NCBI GenBank assembly: GCA_944372505.1
Contig: CALVZK010000001.1
Span: 65,185 to 129,184, forward strand
DNA from: an uncultured Clostridia bacterium
Lineage (GTDB): Bacteria > Bacillota > Clostridia > Christensenellales > UBA1242
Length of the DNA: 64,000 nucleotides
Reading direction: 5' to 3'
The notes under the pieces are model-generated. The model ran no database searches. It saw nothing but the letters and a program-made list of their open reading frames with translations, and was not told the DNA's origin. Both the position numbers and the translations under genes were made by a program. Shown here piece after piece: positions 20,025 through 30,882 of this stretch. The number at the start of each line of letters is the position of its first letter. Within the stretch, counting starts at the first letter, position 1.

Positions 20025-21425
20025 TCATTTATAAAAATTTTTCTTTTTATCTATCATCTCATTTATTCGATCAATATAATCTTCTATGAATTTAACATTT
20101 GGTTGTCTTTCTATTCTATTTTCTATATTAAAAACTCTTTTGCTAATTGCCCCCGCACCAATCCCTATAACAGTATTTGTTTCTTCCATGCTATCTATGT
20201 TAAAAACACATAAATCATTATCTCGATAATATCCAACATTCTCTAAACCACATAACTGATTTTTTTGTCTATACAAATAATATGGTTTGTATCCTTTCTC
20301 TTGTAATTGTTTTTGCGAATAATCCACCATTTGGATAGTATCTTTTTCATTTAAATTTTCATGATTATCTCTTAACAAAGCTCCATTTTTTATAGATAAG
20401 GTATGAACTGTTATATTATTTGGATATAAATCAAATATAGTATTAAGGGTTCTTTTAAAAATTCCTAGTTTTTCTCCAGGAAGTCCTGCAATTATATCCA
20501 TATTTACTACAAATCCTTTAATAAGAGCCTTTGAATAAGCAGATAAAATTTGGCTATTTTTTTGCTTCCTTCCTATTCTCTTTAATGTAGCCTCACAAAA
20601 AGTTTGTGGATTGATAGAAATTCTTGTTACACCGTGTTTTTTCATAATATCTAACTTTTCTTCAGTAATAGTATCCGCCCTACCACTTTCTACCGTAAAT
20701 TCACTTACTGGAAAATTTAACGATGATAATAGTTTATCCAATTGTTTAGCTGTAAGTACAGTGGGAGTTCCGCCACCTATATAAATAGTTCTTACAATGT
20801 AAGCTTTTCTTTTTATTATATCTTTAACTGCCATGAGTTCTTTCAATAAACATTCTAAATACAAATTTACCTTGTCTTTAACTTTTGCAAGTTCACTTGA
20901 TATAAAAGAGCAATACGTACATCTTGTAGGACAAATTGGAATATTAATATATAAATCAACAAGATTGTCATTTTTTATAATGCATTTTTGATTTTTTAAG
21001 ATATTTGCAACTAGGTCTGCTTTATTTTTAGTAACAAAATAATCTCTTTGTAAAACTTCACTTATTAGATGTTCTTTTGCCTCTCCATAACTTATAATAT
21101 CTCTAGCAAACTTTGTTGGTCTAACCCCTGTTAAAGATCCCCAAGGAAGTTTTTTATTTAAAACAGATGATAAAACCATATATAAATGATTTTTTACCAT
21201 TCTTTTTCTAAACGATTTCTGTCTTAAATAAGACAAAGATAAATCCAACTTAAACGAATAAGTGAATTTCCTTTCAATACCTTTATAATTCAATGTAAAA
21301 GTATTTTGATAAAGTTGACCATCATTAATTTCTACATGGTTAATATCAATTTCTTCATCTATTGAAAAAAGTTTTTCTAAATCTTGTAGCTCAGTCAAAT
21401 ATTCTTCTTTATTCGTCCTTATCAT
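20025..21425 (-). CDS. radical SAM protein, HemN/HemZ-like (oxygen-independent coproporphyrinogen oxidase family)
   Basis: 466 aa. It has CPTRCTYCSF (CxxxCxxC), GGGTP and a long N-terminal extension as in HemZ-type members. Confidence 0.7.
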   Translation of the reverse strand: MIRTNKEEYLTELQDLEKLFSIDEEIDINHVEINDGQLYQNTFTLNYKGIERKFTYSFKLDLSLSYLRQKSFRKRMVKNHLYMVLSSVLNKKLPWGSLTGVRPTKFARDIISYGEAKEHLISEVLQRDYFVTKNKADLVANILKNQKCIIKNDNLVDLYINIPICPTRCTYCSFISSELAKVKDKVNLYLECLLKELMAVKDIIKRKAYIVRTIYIGGGTPTVLTAKQLDKLLSSLNFPVSEFTVESGRADTITEEKLDIMKKHGVTRISINPQTFCEATLKRIGRKQKNSQILSAYSKALIKGFVVNMDIIAGLPGEKLGIFKRTLNTIFDLYPNNITVHTLSIKNGALLRDNHENLNEKDTIQMVDYSQKQLQEKGYKPYYLYRQKNQLCGLENVGYYRDNDLCVFNIDSMEETNTVIGIGAGAISKRVFNIENRIERQPNVKFIEDYIDRINEMIDKKKNFYK

Positions 21426-23521
21426 CCTTCTCCTCTCTGTACGTTAATCACATTCTTAATATTTGATAATGCATTCATTATAGAATCAAGTTCTTCTTTG
21501 TTTTTTACCTCTACAATTACTGTGGCAACTAAAGTTTGATCAATTTCCTTTACATCAAGCCCTTTTATGGTTATTTTCATGCTTGTAATTAAAGAAGAAA
21601 ATTTAGAAATATTGTTATCGCCTTTATCAGCTATAACTTTAATAACTGAAACAAATGTAGCATTATCTCTAGATTGCCATTGTGCTTCTATTAATCTTTC
21701 TTGTTCTAAAAATTTTAAATTAGGGCAATTTTTTCTGTGAATAGCAACACCTTTTCCTCTTGAAATATAGCCAATAATTTCATCTCCCTCTATTGGATTG
21801 CAACATCCAGCAAATCTAACAAGCATACCACTATCCCCATCTATTAAAACTCCATCTTTATTTCTTTGTAGATGAACAACTGAGTCTAGTTTTGTATTTT
21901 GTTTTTTATCACTATTAAATAAATTAATAAACCTCATTACGAGGGATTGAGAAGTGATAGAGCCCGAACCTATTGCTGCATATAACTCATCCAAATTATC
22001 AATGTTATACTTTTTAAATATTTTCTCAAGATATTCATTTTTTAAAAGTTGAGAAGAAATAAAACCTCTTTCTTGAATAGCCTGATTCAACATTGACTTT
22101 CCAAGCTTAATATTTTCTTCTTTTAATTCATTTTTAAAGAAAGTTTTTATTTTACTTCTAGCAGAACTAGTCTTTACATATTTAAGCCAATCTCGTGAAG
22201 GTCCTTTAGAATGAATATTAGTTAAAATTTCAACAATATCACCGTTACATAATTTTGTGGTTAGAGGTTTAAGTTTTCCATTAATTTTTGCACCAACACA
22301 GGTATTGCCCACTCCACTATGAATAGCATAAGCGAAGTCAATAGCAGTTGAACCTTCTGGAAATTCTAAAACCTTTCCTTTAGGAGTTTGTACTATAATA
22401 ATACCACTATACAAATCATTCTTTAATGTATCAATAAACTCTTGATCAGTCATATTTTTAGCATTTTCAATAGTTTGTCTAAACCAAGTTAATCTCACAT
22501 CAAAATCATCTTTCTTATCTTTTTTTTCTTTATATAACCAATGTGCATAACCACCATATTCTGATTCTTCATGCATTTGTTTAGTTCTAATTTGAATTTC
22601 AAGAGGATGTTGATTTTCCACTATTACTGTTGTGTGAAGCGATTGATATCCATTGGGTTTAGGTGAAGCAATATAATCCTTTACTCTACCAAACATAGGT
22701 TTATAAATGCCATGAATTCTTCCTAACACCGCATAACAATCTTCTATGGTAGAAACAATAACTCTCATTGCCAGAATATCGTAAACTTGATCTAAAGTTA
22801 ATTGTTTATTATGGAGTTTATTAAAAATTGAAGAAATATGTTTAATTCTAGAAATAATTTGTCCTTCTATTTTTAAATCATTTAAAATATTTTGTAATCT
22901 TTCATGGGTAACTTGTAGTTGTTTTTCATTTTCAGCCTGTTCACTTTCAATAGTATTTTTTAAACTGTAATATTCATTAGGATATTCAAGTCTTATAACA
23001 TGGTCATAAAGATTCTGTTTTAATTTATCTAATCCTAATCGCTCTGCTAATGGTACATGAATCTCTTTAACTTGTTTTACAAAATTTTTTTGATTTAAAG
23101 AAAGAGGTCTTTCAAGTACAGAAATATCATAAAAAATACCAGCAAGTTTAATAATAACAACTCGCATATCTTTGCTCATAACAATAAACATTCTTTTAAT
23201 ATCTTCGATTTCTTCACTTAAAGTTAATTGATTTATATCCCTAATTGTCTTAAAGTCCTCAAACATATTTTTTTCGTCTGTATTAAGTTTTAATTCTACT
23301 TTCTCTATTTCTTGAGGAAAAATCTTATACAACTGATAATATAAAAATGCTAAAACAGCATCTTTTCCTAATTTATAATCAATTATAACTGTTAAAATAC
23401 TCTTTAATCTGTCAAAATTTAATTCGTTCGACAAAATTTGAGAAACAAAATTGCTTTCTTCTTGATTTAAATCATAATTATTTAAAATTTCTTTCAAAAT
23501 ATAATCTTTGCTACCGTTCAT
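21422..23521 (-). CDS. long RelA/SpoT homologue; synthetase domain intact, hydrolase (HD) domain degenerate
   Basis: The synthetase motifs are RVKDYIASPKPNGYQSLHTTV, EIQIRT and YAHWLYKE. TGS (THR-GLY-SER-type) and ACT-like C-terminal domains are present. The HD-domain motifs are replaced (see findings). I chose the ATG at 23521, which has an AAGGTGA Shine-Dalgarno. Confidence 0.85.
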   Translation of the reverse strand: MNGSKDYILKEILNNYDLNQEESNFVSQILSNELNFDRLKSILTVIIDYKLGKDAVLAFLYYQLYKIFPQEIEKVELKLNTDEKNMFEDFKTIRDINQLTLSEEIEDIKRMFIVMSKDMRVVIIKLAGIFYDISVLERPLSLNQKNFVKQVKEIHVPLAERLGLDKLKQNLYDHVIRLEYPNEYYSLKNTIESEQAENEKQLQVTHERLQNILNDLKIEGQIISRIKHISSIFNKLHNKQLTLDQVYDILAMRVIVSTIEDCYAVLGRIHGIYKPMFGRVKDYIASPKPNGYQSLHTTVIVENQHPLEIQIRTKQMHEESEYGGYAHWLYKEKKDKKDDFDVRLTWFRQTIENAKNMTDQEFIDTLKNDLYSGIIIVQTPKGKVLEFPEGSTAIDFAYAIHSGVGNTCVGAKINGKLKPLTTKLCNGDIVEILTNIHSKGPSRDWLKYVKTSSARSKIKTFFKNELKEENIKLGKSMLNQAIQERGFISSQLLKNEYLEKIFKKYNIDNLDELYAAIGSGSITSQSLVMRFINLFNSDKKQNTKLDSVVHLQRNKDGVLIDGDSGMLVRFAGCCNPIEGDEIIGYISRGKGVAIHRKNCPNLKFLEQERLIEAQWQSRDNATFVSVIKVIADKGDNNISKFSSLITSMKITIKGLDVKEIDQTLVATVIVEVKNKEELDSIMNALSNIKNVINVQRGEG

Positions 23522-25880
23522 TTTTATCACCTTTACTAGCATCTCTAATAATATTTAAATCATTATAAAATTTAGAGTTAGTTAAATCACTTTTTATTTT
23601 TTTATTTATTCTAAGTGTTAATATATTCCCCTCTTCAACAGCAATTAACTTTAGTTGATTAAAAACTAACAATGCACTATAAAAAGTGTTAAAGGAAATT
23701 GTATTATTGAAATCACACTTATCAAACAAATCAAAAACATTATAAAATTGTTTTCCATCTTTATAATTTAAAATTTTAAATATTTTTCCAAAAGTTTGTC
23801 TTGATAAATCAATTCCGCTAAATTTTTGAATGTCTTTTTCTTTCTCAATTGGTACATAAATTGTTGCGGTCGAAATTTTGTTAAGTGCAGATATAAAATT
23901 GTAATCTAATACTGGAGATAAAAAAACTATTTTTGAAAAATTCTTCGCCCAATTTATACCTTTTGGTGATAACAAAATAGAATTATACCCCACCTCACAA
24001 TCACTATAAATATTAAACTGATAAATATTTTTAGTATTATAGTTTTTCGCGAACTCAATATAATCAAAACAAGAATAAGTTACAAAACAAGTTCCAAATA
24101 TACTAGTAGTTGTTGCACCTACAAACGAAAGTAATTCTTCTTTAGGATATAATACAAAATTAGCCTGACCTTTTCCATCTACAATTAATTGATTTAATTC
24201 TATACTATTTAATTTTTTATAAGCATCCTCTACAATAAAGGTTCCCCCATCAAATTCACTCACTATTCCTTTTTGCGACTTAGATTGAAATTCAAAAATA
24301 AAAGATTTTTGTCTAGAAAAAACTATCTTATTTATATTATCAGCAAAATTGAAATAAGTTAAATTTAAATTACCTATTTTTATATTTGCATGTTGTGGAA
24401 ATTTTTTCATTGGTTCTATTTTTATATTATTAGAAGATATCTTAAATTTTGGTCTAGGATTTTCACATCCATATGGTTCAAGCAATGTTAATTGCTTTAT
24501 AAAATCTTCAGTTATATCTTCTTCAGTCAAATCTTGATCATAATATTTTATAGGAATAAAAACTTCATCATTAACACAATTTAACGTAAATGAATTTATT
24601 TTTTGTACAAACATTTCAAAATTATCTTTTTTTAAAGTTAATCCAGCAGCCATAGAATGACCACCAAAAGTTTCTAAAATATCTTGTAAAGAAGATAATA
24701 GTTCATGGATATTTATATCATCAATACTTCTCCCTGACCCACAAAGAACATTATTTTCTTCCGCAAAAAGAAAAACTGGTTTATGATATTTCTCTACTAT
24801 TCTAGAACAAACAATTCCTAACACACCTTTATCCCAATTTGGAGATTTTAAAGCTATAACACGAATATTTTTCAAATCCAAATTTAAAATTTGTTTTTCA
24901 CAGTCTAGATAAATATTATTACACAATTCCTGTCTTTTTAAATTATGATTTTTTATTCTATCTAAATATTTTTTTATTTTTACAGGATCTTCTTCAAAAT
25001 AAATTTTTAATGAATCATCGGCATCTCCCATTCTTCCTGAAGCATTTAATTTAGGTCCAATTTTAAATGAAATATCAACAGAGTTCGGATTAAATAAACT
25101 AATATCATTTTCCTTAAACATTGTTTTTAACCCTAACGGAAGATATTTATCACATAATTTTAATCCTCTATAAACAATAGACCTATTTTCGTCTTTTAAA
25201 GGAACTATATCTACTATAGTCGCAATCGCAGCAATTGGTAAAAAAATTTCTGCCTTTTTATCACCTAATAATGCCTGTGCAAACTTAAAAGCAACTCCTG
25301 TTCCGCATAAATCTTTAAAAGGATAATCTTGGTTAAGAAGCTTTGCATTGACTACAATAGTATCTGGAATAATATCAGGAATTTCATGATGATCTGTAAT
25401 TATAATTTCTATACCTTTATTTTTGGCATATTCCACCTCTTGATAGCAAGAAATACCACAATCCACAGTTATAATTAAATTAGGCATAAAAGAATCTGCT
25501 ATCTTATCAATGACAGCATTTGTTAAGCCGTATCCATCTAAATATCTATTTGGAAGATAGTAATCCGCATTTATCCCAAACAACTTTAATGCTTTGAGCA
25601 TAATTGATGTGGCACTAACACCATCAACATCGTAATCGCCAAAAATAAGTACTTTATCATTAAGTTCTTTAGCAAGTTTAATTCTTTCAACAAGTTCTTT
25701 CATCCCATTTAAAAGCATAGGATTGTGAAAAGTTTTAGGAGAAAGATATTCTTCAAATTGATCTTCAGTATTAATTCCTCTAGATAATATTAAATCTGCT
25801 ATTCTTTCTGATAAATTAAATTTATTTGCAAAATATTGTACTTTATCGGCGTCTTTATTAAAAAACTTTTTAAAAATCAT
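23511..25880 (-). CDS. recJ: single-stranded-DNA-specific exonuclease RecJ
   Basis: 789 aa. DHH motifs GDYDVDGVS, TVDCG and ITDHH are present, along with a DHHA1 domain (GGH..AAG). Confidence 0.93.
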   Translation of the reverse strand: MIFKKFFNKDADKVQYFANKFNLSERIADLILSRGINTEDQFEEYLSPKTFHNPMLLNGMKELVERIKLAKELNDKVLIFGDYDVDGVSATSIMLKALKLFGINADYYLPNRYLDGYGLTNAVIDKIADSFMPNLIITVDCGISCYQEVEYAKNKGIEIIITDHHEIPDIIPDTIVVNAKLLNQDYPFKDLCGTGVAFKFAQALLGDKKAEIFLPIAAIATIVDIVPLKDENRSIVYRGLKLCDKYLPLGLKTMFKENDISLFNPNSVDISFKIGPKLNASGRMGDADDSLKIYFEEDPVKIKKYLDRIKNHNLKRQELCNNIYLDCEKQILNLDLKNIRVIALKSPNWDKGVLGIVCSRIVEKYHKPVFLFAEENNVLCGSGRSIDDINIHELLSSLQDILETFGGHSMAAGLTLKKDNFEMFVQKINSFTLNCVNDEVFIPIKYYDQDLTEEDITEDFIKQLTLLEPYGCENPRPKFKISSNNIKIEPMKKFPQHANIKIGNLNLTYFNFADNINKIVFSRQKSFIFEFQSKSQKGIVSEFDGGTFIVEDAYKKLNSIELNQLIVDGKGQANFVLYPKEELLSFVGATTTSIFGTCFVTYSCFDYIEFAKNYNTKNIYQFNIYSDCEVGYNSILLSPKGINWAKNFSKIVFLSPVLDYNFISALNKISTATIYVPIEKEKDIQKFSGIDLSRQTFGKIFKILNYKDGKQFYNVFDLFDKCDFNNTISFNTFYSALLVFNQLKLIAVEEGNILTLRINKKIKSDLTNSKFYNDLNIIRDASKGDKNER

Positions 25881-25983
25881 GTTCGCCTTACTCTTTTAAA
25901 ATAATTATATTAAATTAAAATAAAATAGGCAAGCAATTTTTACAAAGACAAAAAAAATTATGCTTTTGCATAATTTTTAAAAA

Positions 25984-26685
25984 TTAATTTTGTTTATAAA
26001 TTATCCTATGGCAGTGCTCACAAGTTAAAATCCCCTCATTATCAAGTTTAGAAATATTAGCATAAGGAAGTTCCATATGGCAACCCCCACAACTATTACC
26101 CTTTAATTCAACAAAAACAGGGAAAATATTTTCTTTTCTTCTTTTTTCGTATGCTTCAATTAGTTTTGGGTCTATTTTTTTTGATATCGTTTTTAACTCT
26201 TTTTTTAGTTCCTCTTGTTTTGCTTCAACAGACTTAACATCATTATCATAATTATTTTTAAATTTTGCATATTGTTCTTTAGCATTATTAAAGATTTTGA
26301 TTGTTTTGTTAAAATCGCTTAAAACTAAATTCATATTTTCAGCAAGATTAGAAAGATTTTTTTCTAAAATATTAAGATTTTGGCTCAACTTTTCCTTTAG
26401 CGTAGATAGTTTTTCAATTTCTTCTTTATCTAACTCATTTATATTTTTTGCTAATAATTGATCAATTTTATCTTTTTGTAATTTAAATTGATTTTTAACC
26501 TTTTCAATATCATTTAATAAACTTCCAGCTTTTTCTTCTAATTGTAAAGATCGTGTTTGTGCATTCTTCATATTTTCTCGCATAATATTAGCATTTTTTT
26601 TGTTTGTATTATCACGTAATTGTTTTTCTATTTTGAACAATTCACTATCTAATTGTTGATAATTTAATATACTTTTAAAATCCAT
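25984..26685 (-). CDS. coiled-coil protein with C-terminal C4 zinc ribbon (COG1579-like)
   Basis: 233 aa. Long heptad-rich region, then CGGCHMELP ... CEHCHRIIY. Confidence 0.7.
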   Translation of the reverse strand: MDFKSILNYQQLDSELFKIEKQLRDNTNKKNANIMRENMKNAQTRSLQLEEKAGSLLNDIEKVKNQFKLQKDKIDQLLAKNINELDKEEIEKLSTLKEKLSQNLNILEKNLSNLAENMNLVLSDFNKTIKIFNNAKEQYAKFKNNYDNDVKSVEAKQEELKKELKTISKKIDPKLIEAYEKRRKENIFPVFVELKGNSCGGCHMELPYANISKLDNEGILTCEHCHRIIYKQN

Positions 26686-26693
26686 TTTCCCTC

Positions 26694-27758
26694 CTAATCA
26701 TCAATAAAATCAATAAGTCTTTTACTTCTATTTGGATGTTTCAGTTTTCTTAAAGCTTTAGCTTCAATTTGTCTAATACGCTCTCTTGTAACACTGAATT
26801 CTTTTCCAACTTCCTCTAATGTTTTACTTTTACCATCTATAAGACCATATCTTTCTCTAATTACCTGTTGTTCTCTTGGTGTAAGAGTTTCAATAACTGC
26901 AAGTAATTGTTCGTGCAAAAGTTTTTGAGAAGCAATTTCCATAGGACTTTTAGCCGATTCATCTTCTATAAAATCACTCATTTTGCTATCTTCTTCTTCC
27001 CCTATTGGTGTTTCCAAAGATACAGGATCTAGAGCACTTTTTTGTATTTCAACAATTTTACTTTCACTTATACCCATAGCCTGTGCTATTTCTTCAGTAG
27101 TAGGTTCTCTAGAAAGTTTCTGAGTCAACGCTCTAACGGTTCTACCATATCGATTAATTGTTTCCACCATATGAACAGGTAATCTTATAGTCCTTGATTG
27201 ATCTGCGATAGCCCTAGTAATAGCTTGTTTAATCCACCATGTAGCATAAGTAGAAAATTTAAAGCCTTTTGTATAATCAAACTTTTCAACAGCACGAAGA
27301 AGTCCCATATTCCCTTCTTGAATCAAATCTAGAAATGATAAGGAATTTGTATTTGCCCATCTTTTAGCAATAGAAACAACCAATCTTAAATTCGCCTGAC
27401 AAAGTCTTGCCTTTGCCTCTTCATTTCCCGCTGAAATTTTCTTTGCTAATTCAATTTCTTCGTCAGATGTTAAAAGAGGAACTTTGCCAATATCTTTTAA
27501 ATACATTTTTACTGGATCATCAACATAAGCAAAGCCAGAAAAATCATTAAGATCGACGTCAACATCTTTTTCATAATCACTTTTAATAACTTTGATCTTA
27601 TTTTTTTTCAAATTATCAATAAATTTTTGAATTTCTACAGCAGATAATTCTTCAAAAGCAAGCAATCTAGAATAAATTTCTTCTACATTGATAGAGCCTT
27701 TTTTGGTAGCAACATCGCAAATTTTTTTCATCTCTAGTTCAACTTTAGTCTCTGACAT
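26694..27758 (-). CDS. sigA: primary RNA polymerase sigma factor
   Basis: Region 2 [53 protein letters not shown], region 4 [17 protein letters not shown], and dnaG-sigA synteny. Confidence 0.97.
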   Translation of the reverse strand: MSETKVELEMKKICDVATKKGSINVEEIYSRLLAFEELSAVEIQKFIDNLKKNKIKVIKSDYEKDVDVDLNDFSGFAYVDDPVKMYLKDIGKVPLLTSDEEIELAKKISAGNEEAKARLCQANLRLVVSIAKRWANTNSLSFLDLIQEGNMGLLRAVEKFDYTKGFKFSTYATWWIKQAITRAIADQSRTIRLPVHMVETINRYGRTVRALTQKLSREPTTEEIAQAMGISESKIVEIQKSALDPVSLETPIGEEEDSKMSDFIEDESAKSPMEIASQKLLHEQLLAVIETLTPREQQVIRERYGLIDGKSKTLEEVGKEFSVTRERIRQIEAKALRKLKHPNRSKRLIDFIDD

Positions 27759-29520
27759 AAAAATCCTCCAAATTTTTTCCTTTAAGTTGTTTATTAATCT
27801 TATTAATTTCTAACATAATCTTTTGTCGTTCTTCAATATTCTCGCAAGTTTTAAATAAATTTGTAAGTTCTTTTTGTTTATCCATTAAATACGTGCTAAT
27901 AATAAGCCACAAACATTGATCAAAATAAATATTTGCATTTTGATATTGTGAAAAATCTAAATTAATACTATCTTTTAAAATAGGCATATTATCGACATCA
28001 AAATAATCAAAATAAGAAGAAATTTTAATTTGTTTTTTTGCAAGTTCAATTACATCTTTAAACCTAGGTAAAAGTTTTATATAATCAATTTTTCTGTTTA
28101 CATAATCTTTATTATAGATCAACGATCCTAAAATAAACTTTATAGCTTTAATATTGCCATTTTCCCTTGAATTTAAAACATTTTCAGGCTTTTTTTCTGT
28201 ATCTGTCACAGCCTGTCCATTTTTTATTTTTTCTAGGTCTCTTCTTAAAATATCAATAGGTACATTTGTTATTTGCTTTAGTTTGTCTAAATAAGGTTCC
28301 TGCTCACTATCCATATTAAGTTTACTTATGTAGTTTAAAATAATTGAAATAAATTTACCTCTTTCATTTGCCTTTTCTAAATTGTAATTTTTTAACTCTA
28401 CATTTATTAAATAATCTATTGGTGGCAAAGCACTATCAATTAAATTTTGCATATATAGTGAACCATTTTCTTTAATAATTTCGTCTGGATCTTTACCTGT
28501 TGGTAAAGCAACAATTAAAATATCAAATCCTTCTTCCTTAAGAATATCTATACTTCTTTTAGTTGCCTTTATTCCGGCTTCATCTCCATCAAAACATAAA
28601 CATATATGATTAGTCAGTTTTTTTAATTCATGAGCATTTTCTTTTGTTAAAGCTGTTCCCATACAGGCAACAGTATTTTTAAAGCCAGCCCTATGCATTG
28701 CAATAACATCAATTTGACCTTCCACAATAATTATTGAATTTAATCCATGTTTTTGTTTTAATGCTTTAACTAAATTGATTCCAAAAACAACTTTCCCCTT
28801 TTGAAATACAATTGTTTCTGCCGTATTTTTATATTTAGCATATTCCGTAGGGACTAAGATTCTAGCACTGAAACCAATACATTCATTAAAAGAATTAAAT
28901 ATAGGAAAAATCAATCTTTGTGCCATTACATCATAATAATGATTATTTTTTATTTGGGCCACACCAGCCTCTAACATTTCTTCAAAAGAAAATCCTTCTT
29001 TGCTCAAGAAATCAATAGCGTCATTCCAATTTAAAGAATAACCAATCTTAAAATCATCGAGTTCATGCCTAGAAAAATTTCGTTTTTTTATGTATTGTTG
29101 TGCATCTTTTGCTTCTTCAAGATATAAATTTGATTGATAATGCTTGTACAATTTATCTAATAAAGATAAAACTCTATCTTTTTTATTTTTTTTATCAATT
29201 ATTTCCTTTTCTCCTGTAAATTCAGGTATTTCCATATTGGCGTTTTTAGCAAGAATTTTAACAGCTTCTGAAAAATCACAAGATTCATATTTCATTACAA
29301 AAGATATGACATCTCCACTCTCTTTACAACCAAAACAATAAAAAAAACCATCGTCTTCATTAACAGTAAAAGAAGGGGTTTTTTCATTATGAAATGGACA
29401 ACAAGCCCAAAATTTTCCCCCTTTTTTTTCTAAATGAACATATCTACCAATGATTGATACAATATTATTTTTTTGTTTTAACTGATAAAGCCAATCTGCT
29501 GGATACCCTTTATTCTGCAA
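27745..29520 (-). CDS. dnaG: DNA primase
   Basis: Zinc-finger region [11 protein letters not shown]...CFGC, TOPRIM motifs (EGQIDV, DGDEAG). It has a TTG start 9 nt after AGGAG. Confidence 0.93.
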   Translation of the reverse strand: MQNKGYPADWLYQLKQKNNIVSIIGRYVHLEKKGGKFWACCPFHNEKTPSFTVNEDDGFFYCFGCKESGDVISFVMKYESCDFSEAVKILAKNANMEIPEFTGEKEIIDKKNKKDRVLSLLDKLYKHYQSNLYLEEAKDAQQYIKKRNFSRHELDDFKIGYSLNWNDAIDFLSKEGFSFEEMLEAGVAQIKNNHYYDVMAQRLIFPIFNSFNECIGFSARILVPTEYAKYKNTAETIVFQKGKVVFGINLVKALKQKHGLNSIIIVEGQIDVIAMHRAGFKNTVACMGTALTKENAHELKKLTNHICLCFDGDEAGIKATKRSIDILKEEGFDILIVALPTGKDPDEIIKENGSLYMQNLIDSALPPIDYLINVELKNYNLEKANERGKFISIILNYISKLNMDSEQEPYLDKLKQITNVPIDILRRDLEKIKNGQAVTDTEKKPENVLNSRENGNIKAIKFILGSLIYNKDYVNRKIDYIKLLPRFKDVIELAKKQIKISSYFDYFDVDNMPILKDSINLDFSQYQNANIYFDQCLWLIISTYLMDKQKELTNLFKTCENIEERQKIMLEINKINKQLKGKNLEDFYVRD

Positions 29521-29751
29521 TTTAAATAACTCCTAATTTTGCTTTTAAATTTATTATACTACAAACTTTGTAAAATTCCTCTTTAAATATATAAAAATAA
29601 CTAAAATAAAGTTTTTTGTAGCAACAAAAGTCTTCTTTCGACAACAAACAAAAAAAAGTAACAAGAAGATTGTAGCAAATTAAATCAAAAAAGTAAACTA
29701 AATTTACATATTATATAATTAAATATTAAATAAATTAACCAAAAAGAATTA

Positions 29752-30420
29752 CTAAATGATTTGACCTTGCAAATAAATTTCAGGAATTTCTCCAACAATT
29801 ACATTTTCACATAAAAGAACTTCTAAATTAGTCGTAAAATTTTTGGTCATACCTGGCAATACCATTCCAATAATCGTAGATACAACAAAAGAAAGTCTAT
29901 GCAAAGTTTGATTAATACCTGCGGAGACAAAACTAGAGTGAACATTTGTTTGCACAGAACCTACTGGAACTAAATTGATATTGACATCAGGACCATAGCC
30001 AAATAGAAAAGGTATTCCTGTAAAAGTACCCAAATTAATTTTAATTCCATTTTCTCCTAAATTATCAAATTCTTCCTGTACTAATTGAGTAATTTTTCTA
30101 ATAAGCAAATTGACTTCAACTGTATCAACCTCTATCAATTCAATCTTATTATTCGAATCTTTAGTAATTGTTACAATTTTATCATAAGAAGTATTTTCAT
30201 CAATCATTACATTACCTACTACACCACTAATTGAAGTTGTAGCTAAAGATCTAACCTTCTCTTCGCTAATACCAATAACAATAGGACAAACAATTTTAAA
30301 ATAATAAAAAAAACATATTACTATAAAAGACATTAAAATAGCAATAAAAATTCGCCATTTCGCTTTTTTAGAAAGCTTTTTATGTTTCTTCTTTACTTTA
30401 TATGCCTGATATATTTCCAT
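29752..30420 (-). CDS. yunB: sporulation protein YunB
   Basis: 222 aa. It has an N-terminal TM helix and a C-terminal block GPDVNINLVPVGSV....SSFVSAGINQTLHRL...V...VLP.......VLLCENVIVGEIPE, which is typical of the YunB family. Confidence 0.65.
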   Translation of the reverse strand: MEIYQAYKVKKKHKKLSKKAKWRIFIAILMSFIVICFFYYFKIVCPIVIGISEEKVRSLATTSISGVVGNVMIDENTSYDKIVTITKDSNNKIELIEVDTVEVNLLIRKITQLVQEEFDNLGENGIKINLGTFTGIPFLFGYGPDVNINLVPVGSVQTNVHSSFVSAGINQTLHRLSFVVSTIIGMVLPGMTKNFTTNLEVLLCENVIVGEIPEIYLQGQII

Positions 30421-30515
30421 ATAATTACTTATATGAAAAATTTTAAAGAAATTTTACAAAAATCAAAAAAGTACAATATATAGTATTTTATTAAAATAAC
30501 TACATACTATTTAAA

Positions 30516-30872
30516 TTAATTTTTGGTTTTAGATTTAAAAATCAAACTAAAAATAAAAGCAAAGACGACAGCAGCAGCAATTCCTCCTGCGGTAGCTTCC
30601 AATCCTCCAGTAAAAGCTCCTAATAAGCCCTTTGCTTTAACCGCAGACATAGCCCCTTTAGCCAAAGAAGCTCCAAAACCAATTATTGGCACATTTATTC
30701 CTGCTCTCGCCACACTTGAGATTGGATCAAAAATATTAAATGCTTGTAGTAAAACACCAATTATTACAAATGTAACAAGAATTCTTGCAGAAGTTATATT
30801 TGTATATATTATTAGGACTTGTCCTAGCATACAAATAAAACCCCCTATTAAAAAAACCCATAAATAATACAT
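30516..30872 (-). CDS. spoVAE: stage V sporulation protein AE (SpoVAEb-type)
   Basis: The start was moved to MYYLWVFLIGGFICMLGQ (ATG 30872, SD GGGGGAA). It has the family pattern ...PIIGFGASLAKG...GLLGAFTGGL. Confidence 0.85.
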   Translation of the reverse strand: MYYLWVFLIGGFICMLGQVLIIYTNITSARILVTFVIIGVLLQAFNIFDPISSVARAGINVPIIGFGASLAKGAMSAVKAKGLLGAFTGGLEATAGGIAAAVVFAFIFSLIFKSKTKN

Positions 30873-30882
30873 TATTCCCCCA

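Noticed and set aside
29616-29678. A TTGTAGCAA direct repeat (29616-29624 and 29670-29678) and a single Spo0A-box-like TTCGACA (29637-29643) in the yunB-dnaG spacer.
   Set aside because: These short AT-rich words are expected by chance. I have no second line of support, so I do not call them regulatory sites.
30523-30867. Antisense or shadow ORFs inside real genes. Examples: 30523-30867 within spoVAE, 63296-63616 within the PFOR gene, 1105-1348 within aspS, 44869-45303 within the ABC gene, and 39332-39613 within lgt.
   Set aside because: They are fully embedded opposite well-supported conserved genes. They have low-complexity or Ser/Phe/Leu-rich composition and no start context.
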